Assembly: GCA_036676395.1 (NCBI GenBank)
Contig: JAKFCY010000003.1
Span: forward strand, 192,001 to 256,000
Reading direction: 5' to 3'
Source of the DNA: Bdellovibrio sp.
GTDB taxonomy: Bacteria > Bdellovibrionota > Bdellovibrionia > Bdellovibrionales > Bdellovibrionaceae
DNA length: 64,000 nt
In this document: positions 9,904 to 20,636 of the stretch, in pieces
Position numbering within the stretch: position 1 is the stretch's first letter
Layout of the letters: each line of letters starts with the position of its first letter
The notes under the pieces: model-generated
The model's database searches: none
The model's input: only the letters and a program-made list of their open reading frames with translations
What the model was told of the DNA's origin: nothing
Made by a program: the position numbers and the translations under genes

Positions 9904-10477
9904 TCTGGCGTGGCGGCTTAGGTGGCGTGTGATCTGGGTATCCAATCACAATGCCGCAAAGAAGTTCTAATTCACCCGCCTGATATTCGGGTAACTCTGT
10001 TACTCCTAAAAATTTATCGACTTCGTGCTTGATCTCAAGTGGAGCACCCATCGTGCAACAACCTAAGCCTTCAATCTGGCAGGCAAGATTAATATTTTGT
10101 ACGGCCATGTAGACACTACCGATGCTAGTGTAATGACGTTCTTCTGGCGAATTATTTGAATAACAAAATACCAAGACTGGTGCGTTACCTAAGGTGAAAA
10201 AAAATCTTTCAGTAAAATCGTATAAAGAAGGTTTTAATTTTTTTTGTAAAATATCTTTAATGCCTAGCCAAGATTTCTGCGAATATTTTAAATATTCATC
10301 ACGCTTTTTTCCCTGCACGATAAAAAACCTCCAGTTTTGGCGGTTCTTGCCTGAAGGGGCGTGAAAAGCTGCTTCATTAAATATTCTTTCTAAGACCTGT
10401 TTAGGCACGGGATCACTTTTATATTGGCGAATAGATTTACGACTTTGGACGAGTTCGTAGAATTCTTGTGACGTCAT
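9875..10477 (-). CDS. Nitroreductase family protein
   Basis: SRKSIRQY, APSGKNRQNWRF, MAVQNINLAC..GLGCC, IVIGYP. Confidence 0.9.
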   Translation of the reverse strand: MTSQEFYELVQSRKSIRQYKSDPVPKQVLERIFNEAAFHAPSGKNRQNWRFFIVQGKKRDEYLKYSQKSWLGIKDILQKKLKPSLYDFTERFFFTLGNAPVLVFCYSNNSPEERHYTSIGSVYMAVQNINLACQIEGLGCCTMGAPLEIKHEVDKFLGVTELPEYQAGELELLCGIVIGYPDHTPPKPPRQTENRLTWLE

Positions 10478-10513
10478 TTGACCCCCTTAGGCTTATAGAA
10501 CAAAATAATAGCT

Positions 10514-10987
10514 ATGAATCAGTCCGTTGAAAATGAAAAATCTATCTCAATCCCCCTATTAATTGGGGCTTTGGTTATTTCGCTTATTTTTGCTGTCGGT
10601 TCGTCTATGACATCGGTCAGAAGAATCTTTGATTCTAATACCGAAGAGCGTAAAATTTTGGCCAAAGTGTTTACCGAATACAACGGCAAAGCTTTTGTGG
10701 TCTTTAAAATTAAGACAAATGCCGGCATTGAGATCGAAATTTACGAAAAAGACTTAGCTAACAATAACCAGCAGTTTAAACAGCGCTTTCCGTTAAGTGA
10801 TGATGTTGAAGCCTATTTGATGGTGAATAACAATTCGATGAATTTAGGCTTAGTCGATGTTAATAATGACGGCCAAATGGATGTGATTGCTCCAACCGTA
10901 GACAAAAATGGCAATTCGCGACTAAATGTTTTTCAATTCAATTCAGATTTAAATTCTTTTGTGCCTTATGTTGAAGGCGCACCTTAA
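10514..10987 (+). CDS. Hypothetical membrane-anchored protein with one FG-GAP/Ca-binding-like loop
   Basis: N-terminal TM segment; DVNNDGQMDVI motif. Confidence 0.55.
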   Translation: MNQSVENEKSISIPLLIGALVISLIFAVGSSMTSVRRIFDSNTEERKILAKVFTEYNGKAFVVFKIKTNAGIEIEIYEKDLANNNQQFKQRFPLSDDVEAYLMVNNNSMNLGLVDVNNDGQMDVIAPTVDKNGNSRLNVFQFNSDLNSFVPYVEGAP

Positions 10988-11746
10988 TTATTTATTTTTA
11001 AGAATAAATTTATAAGCGCGGTATGAAACTTTTCTGCGTTCGTAATAAGTTCCTGCGACCATGCCATTATCTAATTTGTAGAGTTGAAAATTGTTTCTTT
11101 CGTTCGTGTCGCTGATCACCAAGCCATCGCGTCCAACAAGTTGCATACCGAAGTCGCCATTAAAATCAGCCTTTACAATACCATCTTTGCCTTTATTAAT
11201 TTCAAAACTTCCGGAAATAGTCGGCATTGCAGGATCTGGATTCTGCTTAATCACCAGTTTTAAAGTGTAGACAGATTCTTGCCTGCGGTTAACGACCGGG
11301 CCTTCATAAGTTCCAAAAAAACGGGCATAATTCTGGGTATTGGCTACCGTTGAAATTTCGCTTAACTTTTTCATTCGAATTCTTAGTTTTTGCAACAATT
11401 CAAAAACTTCAGGGCCGGTTTTAGCTGCGGCTAGTTTTTTTTCATTCGCAATCACAGTTTGATCAACATTATCTTTGGGTTCATCTCTTTCGGTGATTAA
11501 TTCGATGTCGTTATCGAGCTGGGCGGTTTCGGTAATGGCTGATACAGGTGTTACTGTGTTGCTTACGGCAGCGCCAATCGGAATTCTTGCAGTAATGACC
11601 GTCTGTTGGGTCGCAGCTTGTTCGGCGATCACTGCTTGGATTACTGCAGATTCTTCAATTTTAACTTCTTTAGGAGGCTCTGTGCGTTTAAGAAATGCGA
11701 AATACCCCAGAGCCAAAATTAATACAGCGACAAAAAACTTAGTCAT
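10988..11746 (-). CDS. Hypothetical N-terminally anchored protein, translationally coupled to mltG
   Basis: 252 aa ORF with N-terminal hydrophobic segment; start overlaps the mltG stop (TAATG). Confidence 0.6.
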   Translation of the reverse strand: MTKFFVAVLILALGYFAFLKRTEPPKEVKIEESAVIQAVIAEQAATQQTVITARIPIGAAVSNTVTPVSAITETAQLDNDIELITERDEPKDNVDQTVIANEKKLAAAKTGPEVFELLQKLRIRMKKLSEISTVANTQNYARFFGTYEGPVVNRRQESVYTLKLVIKQNPDPAMPTISGSFEINKGKDGIVKADFNGDFGMQLVGRDGLVISDTNERNNFQLYKLDNGMVAGTYYERRKVSYRAYKFILKNK

Positions 11747-12843
11747 TAGTTTTTCGTCGTTGTTTTTTTCTTAAGATCACGCCAAGACTTTCCTGAGCGT
11801 GCTTTCGGGTCAACCTGAAAAGTTTTAACTGCCGCATTGTGAGCATCTAAACTTTCAGAAAACTGATGCGTGCCATCGTTATGACTTACGAAAAATAAAT
11901 ATTTAGACGGTAACGGTTTTAAAGCCGCTAACAAGGCTTCTTTACCTGGATTAGATATCGGCGTTGGCGGTAAGCCGTAAATCGTATACGTATTATGTTT
12001 TGTCGGTGTTAATAAATCAGTGCGGGTAATGTTTTTTGGCATTTGTCCGCGAGCTAAAGCTACCCCATACAATACCGTTGGATCAGTTTGCAGACGCATA
12101 TTTTTATCTAAACGGTTATGAAACACTGATGAAACCAACGGGCGCTCTTCTTTAGCGCCGGTTTCTTTTTCAACGATACTGGCAAAAGTAACTAATTGGT
12201 TACGATTCCATTTTCGCTGTGGAAAAGTTTGGTTAAAAGTCATTATTTCAGGCTGAATTTCTGAATACACTGCTAAAAACCGGCGCACCATTTGCGTGAT
12301 GATATCTTTTTGTGAATCAAATTTTGTAACTTTATAAGTTTCAGGAAATAAATAACCTTCTAATGAATCAAGCTTTTCACCTAACAACGATTGAATAAAT
12401 TCACGATCACGAAACAAGGTAAATGCTTCTTGTTTGGTGCCGTAATTATTTCTTTCTAACAGTTCTGCGATATCCCACATATTCAGGCCTTCAGCCACTG
12501 TGAAATTTCTGGCAACACTTTTGCCAGAAGTGATCACCGCTAAAATCTCATCCGGAGTCATCGCTGCATTTAGTGCGTATTCACCCCGTTTAAGTTTAGG
12601 ATTCATGCCGCGGTAGCGCGAATACCATTGAAATAACTTTGCACTTTTAACTAGTTTTGCAGTCTCTAGATTTTGCGCAACTGTAGGCATCGACTGCCCG
12701 GGGTTTACATCAAATAATATTTCAGTGTTATCGCTGGTTACACCTGTGCGTAAAAACTGATAGCTGAAATAGGCTAAAGAAATAGATAGAGCAACAACAA
12801 ATACTGTTGTTGCAGAAAGTATCGTCTTCATTTTTTTATTCAA
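11746..12843 (-). CDS. mltG: Endolytic transglycosylase MltG (YceG family)
   Basis: LEGYLFPETY, ASIVEKET, VFHNRL..MRLQTDPTV, NTY..YGLPPTPISNPG, YLFFV. Confidence 0.93.
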   Translation of the reverse strand: MNKKMKTILSATTVFVVALSISLAYFSYQFLRTGVTSDNTEILFDVNPGQSMPTVAQNLETAKLVKSAKLFQWYSRYRGMNPKLKRGEYALNAAMTPDEILAVITSGKSVARNFTVAEGLNMWDIAELLERNNYGTKQEAFTLFRDREFIQSLLGEKLDSLEGYLFPETYKVTKFDSQKDIITQMVRRFLAVYSEIQPEIMTFNQTFPQRKWNRNQLVTFASIVEKETGAKEERPLVSSVFHNRLDKNMRLQTDPTVLYGVALARGQMPKNITRTDLLTPTKHNTYTIYGLPPTPISNPGKEALLAALKPLPSKYLFFVSHNDGTHQFSESLDAHNAAVKTFQVDPKARSGKSWRDLKKKTTTKN

Positions 12844-14341
12844 GAGTTACTCCAGGAAGTAGCTTGGTTTTATCTAAAGTTGTTGGGTCTTCTAAACTTG
12901 CCATTGGCACTGTTGTGTATTGAACTGCAAAATGTGCAGATGGGCGGTCATTACCAGATTTACCCATGCCACCGAATGGTAAGCGTGAACTTGCTCCATT
13001 CGTTGTTCGGTTCCAGTTTAATAAACCGACACGCGCTTTTAAAATAGCTTCATTATAAAGCTCTTTATTTTTGGTAAATAAAGCCATCGCCAAGCCGTAG
13101 CCTGTAGAATTCACCATCTCCATCGCGTTGTCAAAATCGCTTGAACGATAGATAGCAACATTTGGTCCGAAGATTTCAGTTTTTTGATAAACTGAATTTT
13201 TATCAAAACTTTTCACCAAATGAATACTTGGAGTCACGTAGTGACCTTTATTTTCAAGATCTAAAGCTTTACCCCGCATTAAGTTTTCACAATTTTCACG
13301 ATTTGCCATCTCTTGAAAACGAATATATTTTTCTACGGCTGCGCCATTAATCAACGGACCCATAAATGGATTTTTTGCCCAGTGACCAATTGTTAATTTT
13401 TTTGCAGTTTTATAAAAACGATCTGTAAATTCATCGGCAATTTTATCGTGTAAAATTACGCGTGAAGTTCCCGAACAACGCTGACCCGTTGACATGTAAG
13501 CACCCACGATTGTTTCATAGATGGCTTTATCCATATCAGTGTCATCCCAAACCACAGTTGTATTTTTACCGCCCATTTCAAGCGCTAAAATTTTCCAGTA
13601 GTGATTTAAGGTTTCTTGTTTAATCTTAAGGCCTACTTCATAAGAGCCGGTAAATAAAATTCCATCAATGGCTTCGTGAACAACAAGCCTACGACCTGTT
13701 TCTGCTTCACCGTGAATCATATTGAAAACGCCTGCAGGAAATTGCGCTTTTTCAAAAATTTGCGCGTACAACTGACCGACATAAGGAGTTTGCTCAGAGG
13801 GTTTATACACAATCGTGTTACCAGTCACTAAAGCTGGAATAATATGACCATTCGGTAAATGTGCCGGAAAATTAAATGGTCCAATCACCGCCATCACGCC
13901 ACGTGATTTAAAGCGGATAACACCTTCTACTTGCGGCAAAGCATTGGGAATGTGTTCTTCTTGAACTAATTTTAATGATTCATTAATTGTTACATCAATT
14001 TTTGCAGATAAAGCTTTAGCTTCAGAAGTTGCATCCCATAGGGCTTTACCAGTATCACGAGCAATGGCTTCTGCCATTTCTGCTTCATGAGCTATAAATA
14101 ATTCTTTTAAACGAAAACAATACTTTTTACGTTCGTCTAAAGAAAGTTTAGCCCAGGGCATGTACGCTTTTTTAGCGGCTGCAATCGCCTGTTCAACATG
14201 ATCCAAACTATAGCTTACAGTCATAATTTCGTCATTTAAATCTGCCGGAGAAATATCTTTAAATTGTCCGTCTGGTTTTTGGCCTTTAACGAATTGACCG
14301 TTTAAAAAATCACCTAAAAATGGAGTGGTTTTGTACGCCAT
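12836..14341 (-). CDS. astD: Aldehyde dehydrogenase, probably succinylglutamate-semialdehyde dehydrogenase
   Basis: GPFNFPAHLPNGHIIPALVTGN, KPSEQTP, LALEMGGKN, GQRCS, EIFGP, PFGGMGKSGNDRPSA; adjacent to astA. Confidence 0.8.
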   Translation of the reverse strand: MAYKTTPFLGDFLNGQFVKGQKPDGQFKDISPADLNDEIMTVSYSLDHVEQAIAAAKKAYMPWAKLSLDERKKYCFRLKELFIAHEAEMAEAIARDTGKALWDATSEAKALSAKIDVTINESLKLVQEEHIPNALPQVEGVIRFKSRGVMAVIGPFNFPAHLPNGHIIPALVTGNTIVYKPSEQTPYVGQLYAQIFEKAQFPAGVFNMIHGEAETGRRLVVHEAIDGILFTGSYEVGLKIKQETLNHYWKILALEMGGKNTTVVWDDTDMDKAIYETIVGAYMSTGQRCSGTSRVILHDKIADEFTDRFYKTAKKLTIGHWAKNPFMGPLINGAAVEKYIRFQEMANRENCENLMRGKALDLENKGHYVTPSIHLVKSFDKNSVYQKTEIFGPNVAIYRSSDFDNAMEMVNSTGYGLAMALFTKNKELYNEAILKARVGLLNWNRTTNGASSRLPFGGMGKSGNDRPSAHFAVQYTTVPMASLEDPTTLDKTKLLPGVTLE

Positions 14342-14344
14342 ATC

Positions 14345-15379
14345 TTACGCCTTCTTCCCAAATTCAAAAGGTGTTACAAACACCTCTTGATCTAAATCTA
14401 ATTTTAAACGGTCACGAGTTTTTGATGGCACAGCAACGTAGCCATCTTGGATATCGTAACCAGTTAACATACATTTGAAATCATCACTGCCGTAGCCGAT
14501 TAAACCCATTTGTTTATAGGCGGCTTCTTTGCCTTCGGTAACGCGAAGTTTTTTTCCGGCTTTGATCGGCAGAATCTTTTCCGTTTCACAGCCGTAATGT
14601 GGACCACCATCAAACGGGTCAACTTCATCTAAATATTGAAAACCAATATTTTCTAACAGATGTTGCGCAGGTTTTGTCGCTTCACCTACACGGCCAAGCA
14701 CCAAGCGCGCTTTTGAATCCAATAAACTTAAATAAATATCTTCTTCAGGAAATAACGACTCAATAAATTCTTTATTGGTCTGCGATAAAGCGTCAGCTTC
14801 CTGGTACGGTAAGCCTGTAAAACGACGTCCCAAGGCCTCCCAGAATTCGCTGCGGCCTTCGTCAGTTAATGGCGGTGTTAATTCACATAACACGCGCTTT
14901 TCAAAACGCTCTGGATTTAGTGCCATGTACACAAAACGGCTTAAAGAAATTTGTTTTCCTAAACGTTCTGGGCGACGACGATAAGCTTTATCAACTAATA
15001 AGCCACCAATTTCAGTTGGCCCGTCAGTGTCTAACTGAAAACGTAACACTTGGTGAATAAAACCGATTCCTAAATCTTGCGAAAAGTGATCACGTTTTAA
15101 AATTTTAAAATAACAATGGGGCACAGCTTCTGAACCATGCTTGGCAATAATTAATGAACTACCAACAACCATTTGTTCTTCAATGTCTTCAACCACAAAA
15201 ATATATTCTGATTTATCTTTTGGAAGATTTCCTGCAAAAGAGGCTTCACTACGCGCAATTTTTTCGGTCAGGATCTTACGATCACCCGGAAGATTTAATA
15301 AATTAAATTGCTTCGCTAAATCTGTTAATTGCGTAATATCGTCTTTGCTAACCGCTCTTACAATAAAGCTCATAAACAA
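14345..15379 (-). CDS. astA: Arginine/ornithine N-succinyltransferase (AstA family)
   Basis: GPTEIGGLLV, GKQISLSRF, GRSEFWEALGRRF, VDPFDGGP motifs. Confidence 0.88.
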   Translation of the reverse strand: MFMSFIVRAVSKDDITQLTDLAKQFNLLNLPGDRKILTEKIARSEASFAGNLPKDKSEYIFVVEDIEEQMVVGSSLIIAKHGSEAVPHCYFKILKRDHFSQDLGIGFIHQVLRFQLDTDGPTEIGGLLVDKAYRRRPERLGKQISLSRFVYMALNPERFEKRVLCELTPPLTDEGRSEFWEALGRRFTGLPYQEADALSQTNKEFIESLFPEEDIYLSLLDSKARLVLGRVGEATKPAQHLLENIGFQYLDEVDPFDGGPHYGCETEKILPIKAGKKLRVTEGKEAAYKQMGLIGYGSDDFKCMLTGYDIQDGYVAVPSKTRDRLKLDLDQEVFVTPFEFGKKA

Positions 15380-16752
15380 AACCTTTCGATCATTCTGGTG
15401 TAGAATGATGTCATTAATTCTAAATGTTTAATTTCAACATGTTCATTCGGCGTATGAACATTGTTTTCTCGTTTGCCTGCGCCGACACAAATACATTCAA
15501 TGCCGATTCGTGAAAACAGGCTCGCTTCGTTGGTCGAAGCTAAACTTGTGCACTGGCTGGTTTGTCCAAGTTTTTCTAATTCGGCCAATGCGCCTTTAAT
15601 TAAAACTGATTTTTCATCAGTCCGAAATGGACGTTTGTAATCTTGCAAATTAAATTTTGCGCCTACTTTTTCGCAAGCGCTTGAAATCTTTAGCATCCAC
15701 TTTTCATAATCTTCTTGTCTTACGTTAGGAAGAATACGGCATGAGCCGCCGATTAAAATATGATCGTCAAAGGTTCTGATGATGCCGACACTGATCGTTG
15801 AATGTTCGGGTATAAATGCTTTATCAACCACCGATTTCATCTCGTTTTGCACATCAACCATCACGTTATATAAAAAATTAATTTTACGAATCGCCGGATC
15901 TTTAAAAGAAGCAGCGACATCTAATTCAACCATCGCTTGATTAGGAATCATGTTTTGCCTGGTTCCAGCATCCATATCGACGATCACGACATTATCTGGC
16001 ATCTTAGATAAGTAATCGAAAAGTTTAAGGGCGGCACTTTCACCTAAATGTGGTGTTGATGAATGCGCACTTTTGCCAGAAAAGATTTTTGACTGAGTTG
16101 AAATTGATTCAGACGCTGCGATGTTATGTTTGTATTCAACTTCTTCTTGCGAAAATGGAATACGCATTTCAACCGTGGCATAACCTTTGGCTGCGTTAAT
16201 GATATTTAAATCTGATGGGTCACCGATCAGTGCGTATTTTGCATTAATTTTATTTTTACGAATTAATTTAAGCGCGCCCTGCATTCCGGTTTCTTCACCG
16301 AAGGTACCCACCAACACTGGTTGCAAAGTGTTAAGTTTTATTCCTTTAAATTGCGTCATCGCTAAAAGTTTACATAAAAAATCTAACTTTACTTCGGCTG
16401 ATCCTAATCCATAAATGCGGCCATCTTCGATGACGGCATCGAACGGATTAAAATTATTTTTTTTCCATAAAGCAAAATTTCCGGGATCAACAGTATCAAG
16501 GTGGGCTTGTAATAAAAATTCATTTTGCCCAGTTTGAAATGGCTGTAAGCGCACAATGATATTGGCTTGGGTGATGCCGTTCTGCACTTCTTGCTGAACT
16601 TCGACATCAAAGCCTAGCTCGTAAGCTATTAAAGATAAATAATCTACAACCTCAACAGTCGAAGTTTGCGGTGAGCTGTCAAAAGCAATCAGCTTTCGAC
16701 AGGCGCCGACAAAATCAAATCCTTCAACTGAAGTGGTTTGGGGAGTAACCAA
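15370..16752 (-). CDS. M20-family metallo-amidohydrolase (ArgE/DapE-like deacylase)
   Basis: AHLDTV, IYGLGSAEVK, GEETG, GKSAHSSTP, VHTPNEHV. Confidence 0.8.
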   Translation of the reverse strand: MVTPQTTSVEGFDFVGACRKLIAFDSSPQTSTVEVVDYLSLIAYELGFDVEVQQEVQNGITQANIIVRLQPFQTGQNEFLLQAHLDTVDPGNFALWKKNNFNPFDAVIEDGRIYGLGSAEVKLDFLCKLLAMTQFKGIKLNTLQPVLVGTFGEETGMQGALKLIRKNKINAKYALIGDPSDLNIINAAKGYATVEMRIPFSQEEVEYKHNIAASESISTQSKIFSGKSAHSSTPHLGESAALKLFDYLSKMPDNVVIVDMDAGTRQNMIPNQAMVELDVAASFKDPAIRKINFLYNVMVDVQNEMKSVVDKAFIPEHSTISVGIIRTFDDHILIGGSCRILPNVRQEDYEKWMLKISSACEKVGAKFNLQDYKRPFRTDEKSVLIKGALAELEKLGQTSQCTSLASTNEASLFSRIGIECICVGAGKRENNVHTPNEHVEIKHLELMTSFYTRMIERFCL

Positions 16753-16754
16753 TC

Positions 16755-18176
16755 TTATAATCCTTCGTGCACCGTTTTTTCGATCACTTCTAAGGCTAAA
16801 GCAATATCAGCTTCCTGAATAATTGCCGGCACTAAAAAGCGAATACGAATTGGGTCTTTACCGCAAGTAAATGCAATAATTCCATTTTTAAATAATTTTT
16901 TAACAAAAGTTTCTGCTTGTTCTTTTTTGCCTTCAAACGGAGTGAACGCAATCATTAAACCCATACCACCTGCATCTGATAATAATCCTTTGCAAGTTGT
17001 TTCATTTAAACGATTGATGCCTTGAACGAAGTGATTATGAATTTGATTAATGCGGCCGTTTGGTCCGATGTAACCTTCTTCAAGCATTTCTAAAATTTCA
17101 AGACCCGCAGTCATTGCACTTGATCCGCCTGAAAAAGTTCCGGCGATCAAGCCTGGTTTTGGATTGTACTCTTCAGTGTAAAGAGTTGCGCCTAACTGAA
17201 CTGTTTTTGCGATAGTTACGATATCAACGTATTCGCCAAGGTTCATTGTTTCAAAAGCAAAAAATTCGCCAGTGCGTGCGAAAGTTTGAACTTCATCAGC
17301 CCACACAGCGATATGCTGTTGTTTACAAAATGCTAACATTGGTTCATAGAATTCACGCGGTGTTGGAACAAAGCCGCCTTCACCTAACATTGGCTCAAAA
17401 GAAAATGCAGCGATTTGTTTATCAAATTTAGCAGCATGTTCTTTTAAAGTGCGAAGCGCAGTCTCAGAAGATTTTGGATCTTTTTTATCAAAGTTCGGAA
17501 TACGTAATACTTCGTTGTATTCTGGCAAACCTTGTTTGTACGCAGGGTTATCAGTCACTTCAGCCATCATTGTTGAACGACCGGCAAAAGCATTTTTCAT
17601 CGCTACGATCATCTTCGCCGGAGAATTTTTCTGGCGCGCCATTTTTACAGCGTTTTCGTTAGCCATTGTTCCGCATGTTGAAAACCAGGCGTGTTTAAGA
17701 CGAGAGTTACGGCCAGCAATCTGAACTAATTTTTCAGTAAGTCTGATGTATTCATTATTCGGTTGAATATTACCTTGCATCACTACATCTGATAAAGCAC
17801 CGCGAACAGCGGCTTTCATAACACGTGGATGCGAATGCCCCATTAAATGAATTCCGATACCATTGATCAAATCCATTTTCACGCTGCCATCTTCTAGTTC
17901 AACATAAACACCTTGGCCCGCACCAGTGCCGACATACTGGTGATAAAGTGGACGACCACGAAGTACACCAATGTGCTCAATTTTATTTTTTGAACGCTCA
18001 ACTAAAGTTGGTTGAGGTGGTTGAATAGTTTGAATGGCACTGTTGATCACCATAACTTCATCCACTAAATCGTTTACCAGACCTTCAACAACAGGATCGT
18101 GGTCAAGTTTTCTACCGGTTAATAATTCATCTGTACTTTGCACTTTGGCGATCGCGCCTTTGATTGCTGATAACAT
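16755..18176 (-). CDS. Class III PLP aminotransferase (AstC/ArgD-like)
   Basis: GTMANENAVK, AFAGR, EPMLGEGG, DEVQT..RTG, TIAK (PLP lysine), GTFSG. Confidence 0.85.
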   Translation of the reverse strand: MLSAIKGAIAKVQSTDELLTGRKLDHDPVVEGLVNDLVDEVMVINSAIQTIQPPQPTLVERSKNKIEHIGVLRGRPLYHQYVGTGAGQGVYVELEDGSVKMDLINGIGIHLMGHSHPRVMKAAVRGALSDVVMQGNIQPNNEYIRLTEKLVQIAGRNSRLKHAWFSTCGTMANENAVKMARQKNSPAKMIVAMKNAFAGRSTMMAEVTDNPAYKQGLPEYNEVLRIPNFDKKDPKSSETALRTLKEHAAKFDKQIAAFSFEPMLGEGGFVPTPREFYEPMLAFCKQQHIAVWADEVQTFARTGEFFAFETMNLGEYVDIVTIAKTVQLGATLYTEEYNPKPGLIAGTFSGGSSAMTAGLEILEMLEEGYIGPNGRINQIHNHFVQGINRLNETTCKGLLSDAGGMGLMIAFTPFEGKKEQAETFVKKLFKNGIIAFTCGKDPIRIRFLVPAIIQEADIALALEVIEKTVHEGL

Positions 18177-18278
18177 CGTTTTTTCCTCGTAGTTCTAGAG
18201 AGTGTTTTTAGGTAGATAGAATACCTTGTTGCGACGAGCTATGACAAGGAAAGCACTTCATCGTTAGACTTTGGCTAT

Positions 18279-19052
18279 ATGCAGCCAACAGCCGAATTTC
18301 AGCAACAGTTTCAAAAGGCGTTATCTCTTCAACAAGAGAAAAAATATGACGAGGCTTTAACGGCTTATAAGTCACTTTTAGAGCAAAACCCCGACCTTAG
18401 CCGAGATCAAATCGCTGATATTAGCTATAATGCGGCCTTAACCAGCTTTAATAAACAAAGTTTTTTAGAAAGTTATGTTTATAACCAAAAAGCTATTTTA
18501 CTAAACCCCCGGCATGATCAAGCTCTAGAGCTGGCAACCAAGATTAAAACGCAATTTCAGGTTAAAGCTACCCCCCATGATATTTCGCTTATCGAAAATT
18601 TAAACAAAGCCGGTCTGCAAGTCGTTCCTGTTGAAGCTTTATGGGTTTTAGCCACTCTATTTTTAGTGATTTTTTTGCGCAGTGTTTTTGGCTATTTCTT
18701 AAATCGAAAAAAAGAAATTTTAGAGAACTTAAAGTTCAGCCGTTTTTCTTTTAAGAACTATTTTTGGTTAGTTTTATTTCTGATTTTTTCGTATTTTTCA
18801 GGGCTAAAAATCTGGGAAGAGCAAATTCCAAAAGCTCTTATTCGCACCGAACAGGCGTCATTAAAAACCGCAGCTGGCGAAAATCAGGCGACCCTGGCGG
18901 ATCTGCCTGGCGGCAGCCTTGTGCACATTTTGCGGGTCGCCAAAATTGATGAAATTCTTTATTTTCAAATTAAATATCCCGGCGGAATTTCAGGCTGGAC
19001 GAAGAAAGACGATTTGGAGCTTATTTCTGCACCAAATTTGCCCAAGGACTAA
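18279..19052 (+). CDS. TPR-TM-SH3 protein (BatE-like)
   Basis: N-terminal TPR helices, two TM segments, C-terminal SH3b-like QIKYPGGISGW. Confidence 0.6.
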   Translation: MQPTAEFQQQFQKALSLQQEKKYDEALTAYKSLLEQNPDLSRDQIADISYNAALTSFNKQSFLESYVYNQKAILLNPRHDQALELATKIKTQFQVKATPHDISLIENLNKAGLQVVPVEALWVLATLFLVIFLRSVFGYFLNRKKEILENLKFSRFSFKNYFWLVLFLIFSYFSGLKIWEEQIPKALIRTEQASLKTAAGENQATLADLPGGSLVHILRVAKIDEILYFQIKYPGGISGWTKKDDLELISAPNLPKD

Positions 19053-19137
19053 CCAAAATCAGACGCGTTAGTGTCTAATTTTTTTGACTTCAATGCCCCC
19101 TTGGGTTGATATATTTTCGAGGTCAACTGTGAATTCT

Positions 19138-19884
19138 ATGGCAAGTGTTAAATCATTGAAATTATTTGTAGTTTCTTTAATGGCGTGGGGCTTTCTTTTC
19201 TCGTGCGCCACTCAAGAAAAAGATTTAAATACGGCAGAAGGTCTTTTTGCATACGCTAAAGAATTTCAAGATGCTGAGCGCTTTGAAGTAGCTTTAGCAA
19301 AATACGCTGACGTTAGAAACAAATTTCCATACAATAACTTAGCGACTGAAGCAGAACTTGCTATTGCTGATGTTCATTATATGCGTGAGTCGTACACTGA
19401 ATCAGAAGTGGCTTACCAAAATTTTCGCGATCTTCATCCAAAACATCCAAAATCAGATTACGTTTTATACCGAATTGCCATGAGTTATTACATGCAATTA
19501 CCTGAAACGATCGATCGTGATCTAACAGTTGGAAAAGATGCGATTTATCATTTCAGCGAATTAGTAAAATTGTATCCCAAGTCTGAATACGTTGCCGACA
19601 GTAAAACTAAACGTGACGAAATCTATTCGCGCTTGGCGCAAAAAGAAATTTACATTGCTGATTTTTATTTTAAACAAGAAAAGTATTCTGCAGCACTCCG
19701 CAGATATGAATCGACTTTATATAAGTTTCCGGGGCTTGGTTTTGAACCAAGAGCACTTTTCGGCGCAGCTAAATCTGCAAAATTTATCTCTGACAAGAAA
19801 AAACAAGACCAGCACGCCAACACGTTAACTACAAAATATCCAAATTCTGATGAAGCACGATTGTTAAAAAGCGAGGGGCTATAA
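19138..19884 (+). CDS. bamD: Outer membrane protein assembly lipoprotein BamD
   Basis: Lipobox LFSC; FRDLHPKHPKSDYVLYRIAMSYY, DRD, LAQKEIYIADFYFK..KYSAALRRY. Confidence 0.88.
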   Translation: MASVKSLKLFVVSLMAWGFLFSCATQEKDLNTAEGLFAYAKEFQDAERFEVALAKYADVRNKFPYNNLATEAELAIADVHYMRESYTESEVAYQNFRDLHPKHPKSDYVLYRIAMSYYMQLPETIDRDLTVGKDAIYHFSELVKLYPKSEYVADSKTKRDEIYSRLAQKEIYIADFYFKQEKYSAALRRYESTLYKFPGLGFEPRALFGAAKSAKFISDKKKQDQHANTLTTKYPNSDEARLLKSEGL

Positions 19885-19886
19885 AC

Positions 19887-20612
19887 ATGAGATCTTTTTC
19901 TGGACAACTTCTTGATGAAGCTCGTGAAGCCTTTATTGATGGTAAATACCAACAGGCTGAACCGCTGTTAATGCAGCCGACGTTAATCAATTCGAACAAT
20001 CCTGAAATTTACCAAATGTTAGCAACGATCTATTACAATCGCGGCCAATTTAATAAGGCGATTAAAACATTTAAAAAAGCTTTAGAAATTGATCCTTCAT
20101 ACAGCGACGCGGCAGTGGGCTTATCAATTATTTTAAATGACCTTGGCAAATACGACGAAGCCAAAAAAGTTTTCGAACAGGCGCAAACGATTGTTGATAA
20201 GAAAAAATCTTTTCAACTAAGTTCAAACTTAGAAGAAAAAATCGCTTCTAAACATATTGAAACTGCTGACTTGTACTTACAAATTCGCCGTTTCGATGAA
20301 GCTCTAGAGCAATACATGAAGGCTTATCACTTATCTTCGAAAAAAGGCGATATCGCTTTATTAATTTCTGAATGTTACGTGCAAGCCGGACACAAAGAAA
20401 AAGCGATCAAAGAATTAAAAGCTGTTATCCAGTACGACAGTAAATTAATTAAACCTCGTCTTAAGCTTGGATTAATCCTATACAACTCGCATATGGTTGC
20501 GGAAGCTGTTGAACAGTGGGAAAATATTATTCGCTTAGACCCAAAAAACACTGAAGCCTTACGTTACTTAAAAATGGCTCAGACTACTGGTATTACTAAT
20601 TTAGAATATTAA
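19887..20612 (+). CDS. Tetratricopeptide repeat protein
   Basis: Repeated TPR consensus (LATIYYNRGQFNKAIKTFKKALEIDP). Confidence 0.85.
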   Translation: MRSFSGQLLDEAREAFIDGKYQQAEPLLMQPTLINSNNPEIYQMLATIYYNRGQFNKAIKTFKKALEIDPSYSDAAVGLSIILNDLGKYDEAKKVFEQAQTIVDKKKSFQLSSNLEEKIASKHIETADLYLQIRRFDEALEQYMKAYHLSSKKGDIALLISECYVQAGHKEKAIKELKAVIQYDSKLIKPRLKLGLILYNSHMVAEAVEQWENIIRLDPKNTEALRYLKMAQTTGITNLEY

Positions 20613-20636
20613 TTTATTCAGTTAAAAGGATTTATT

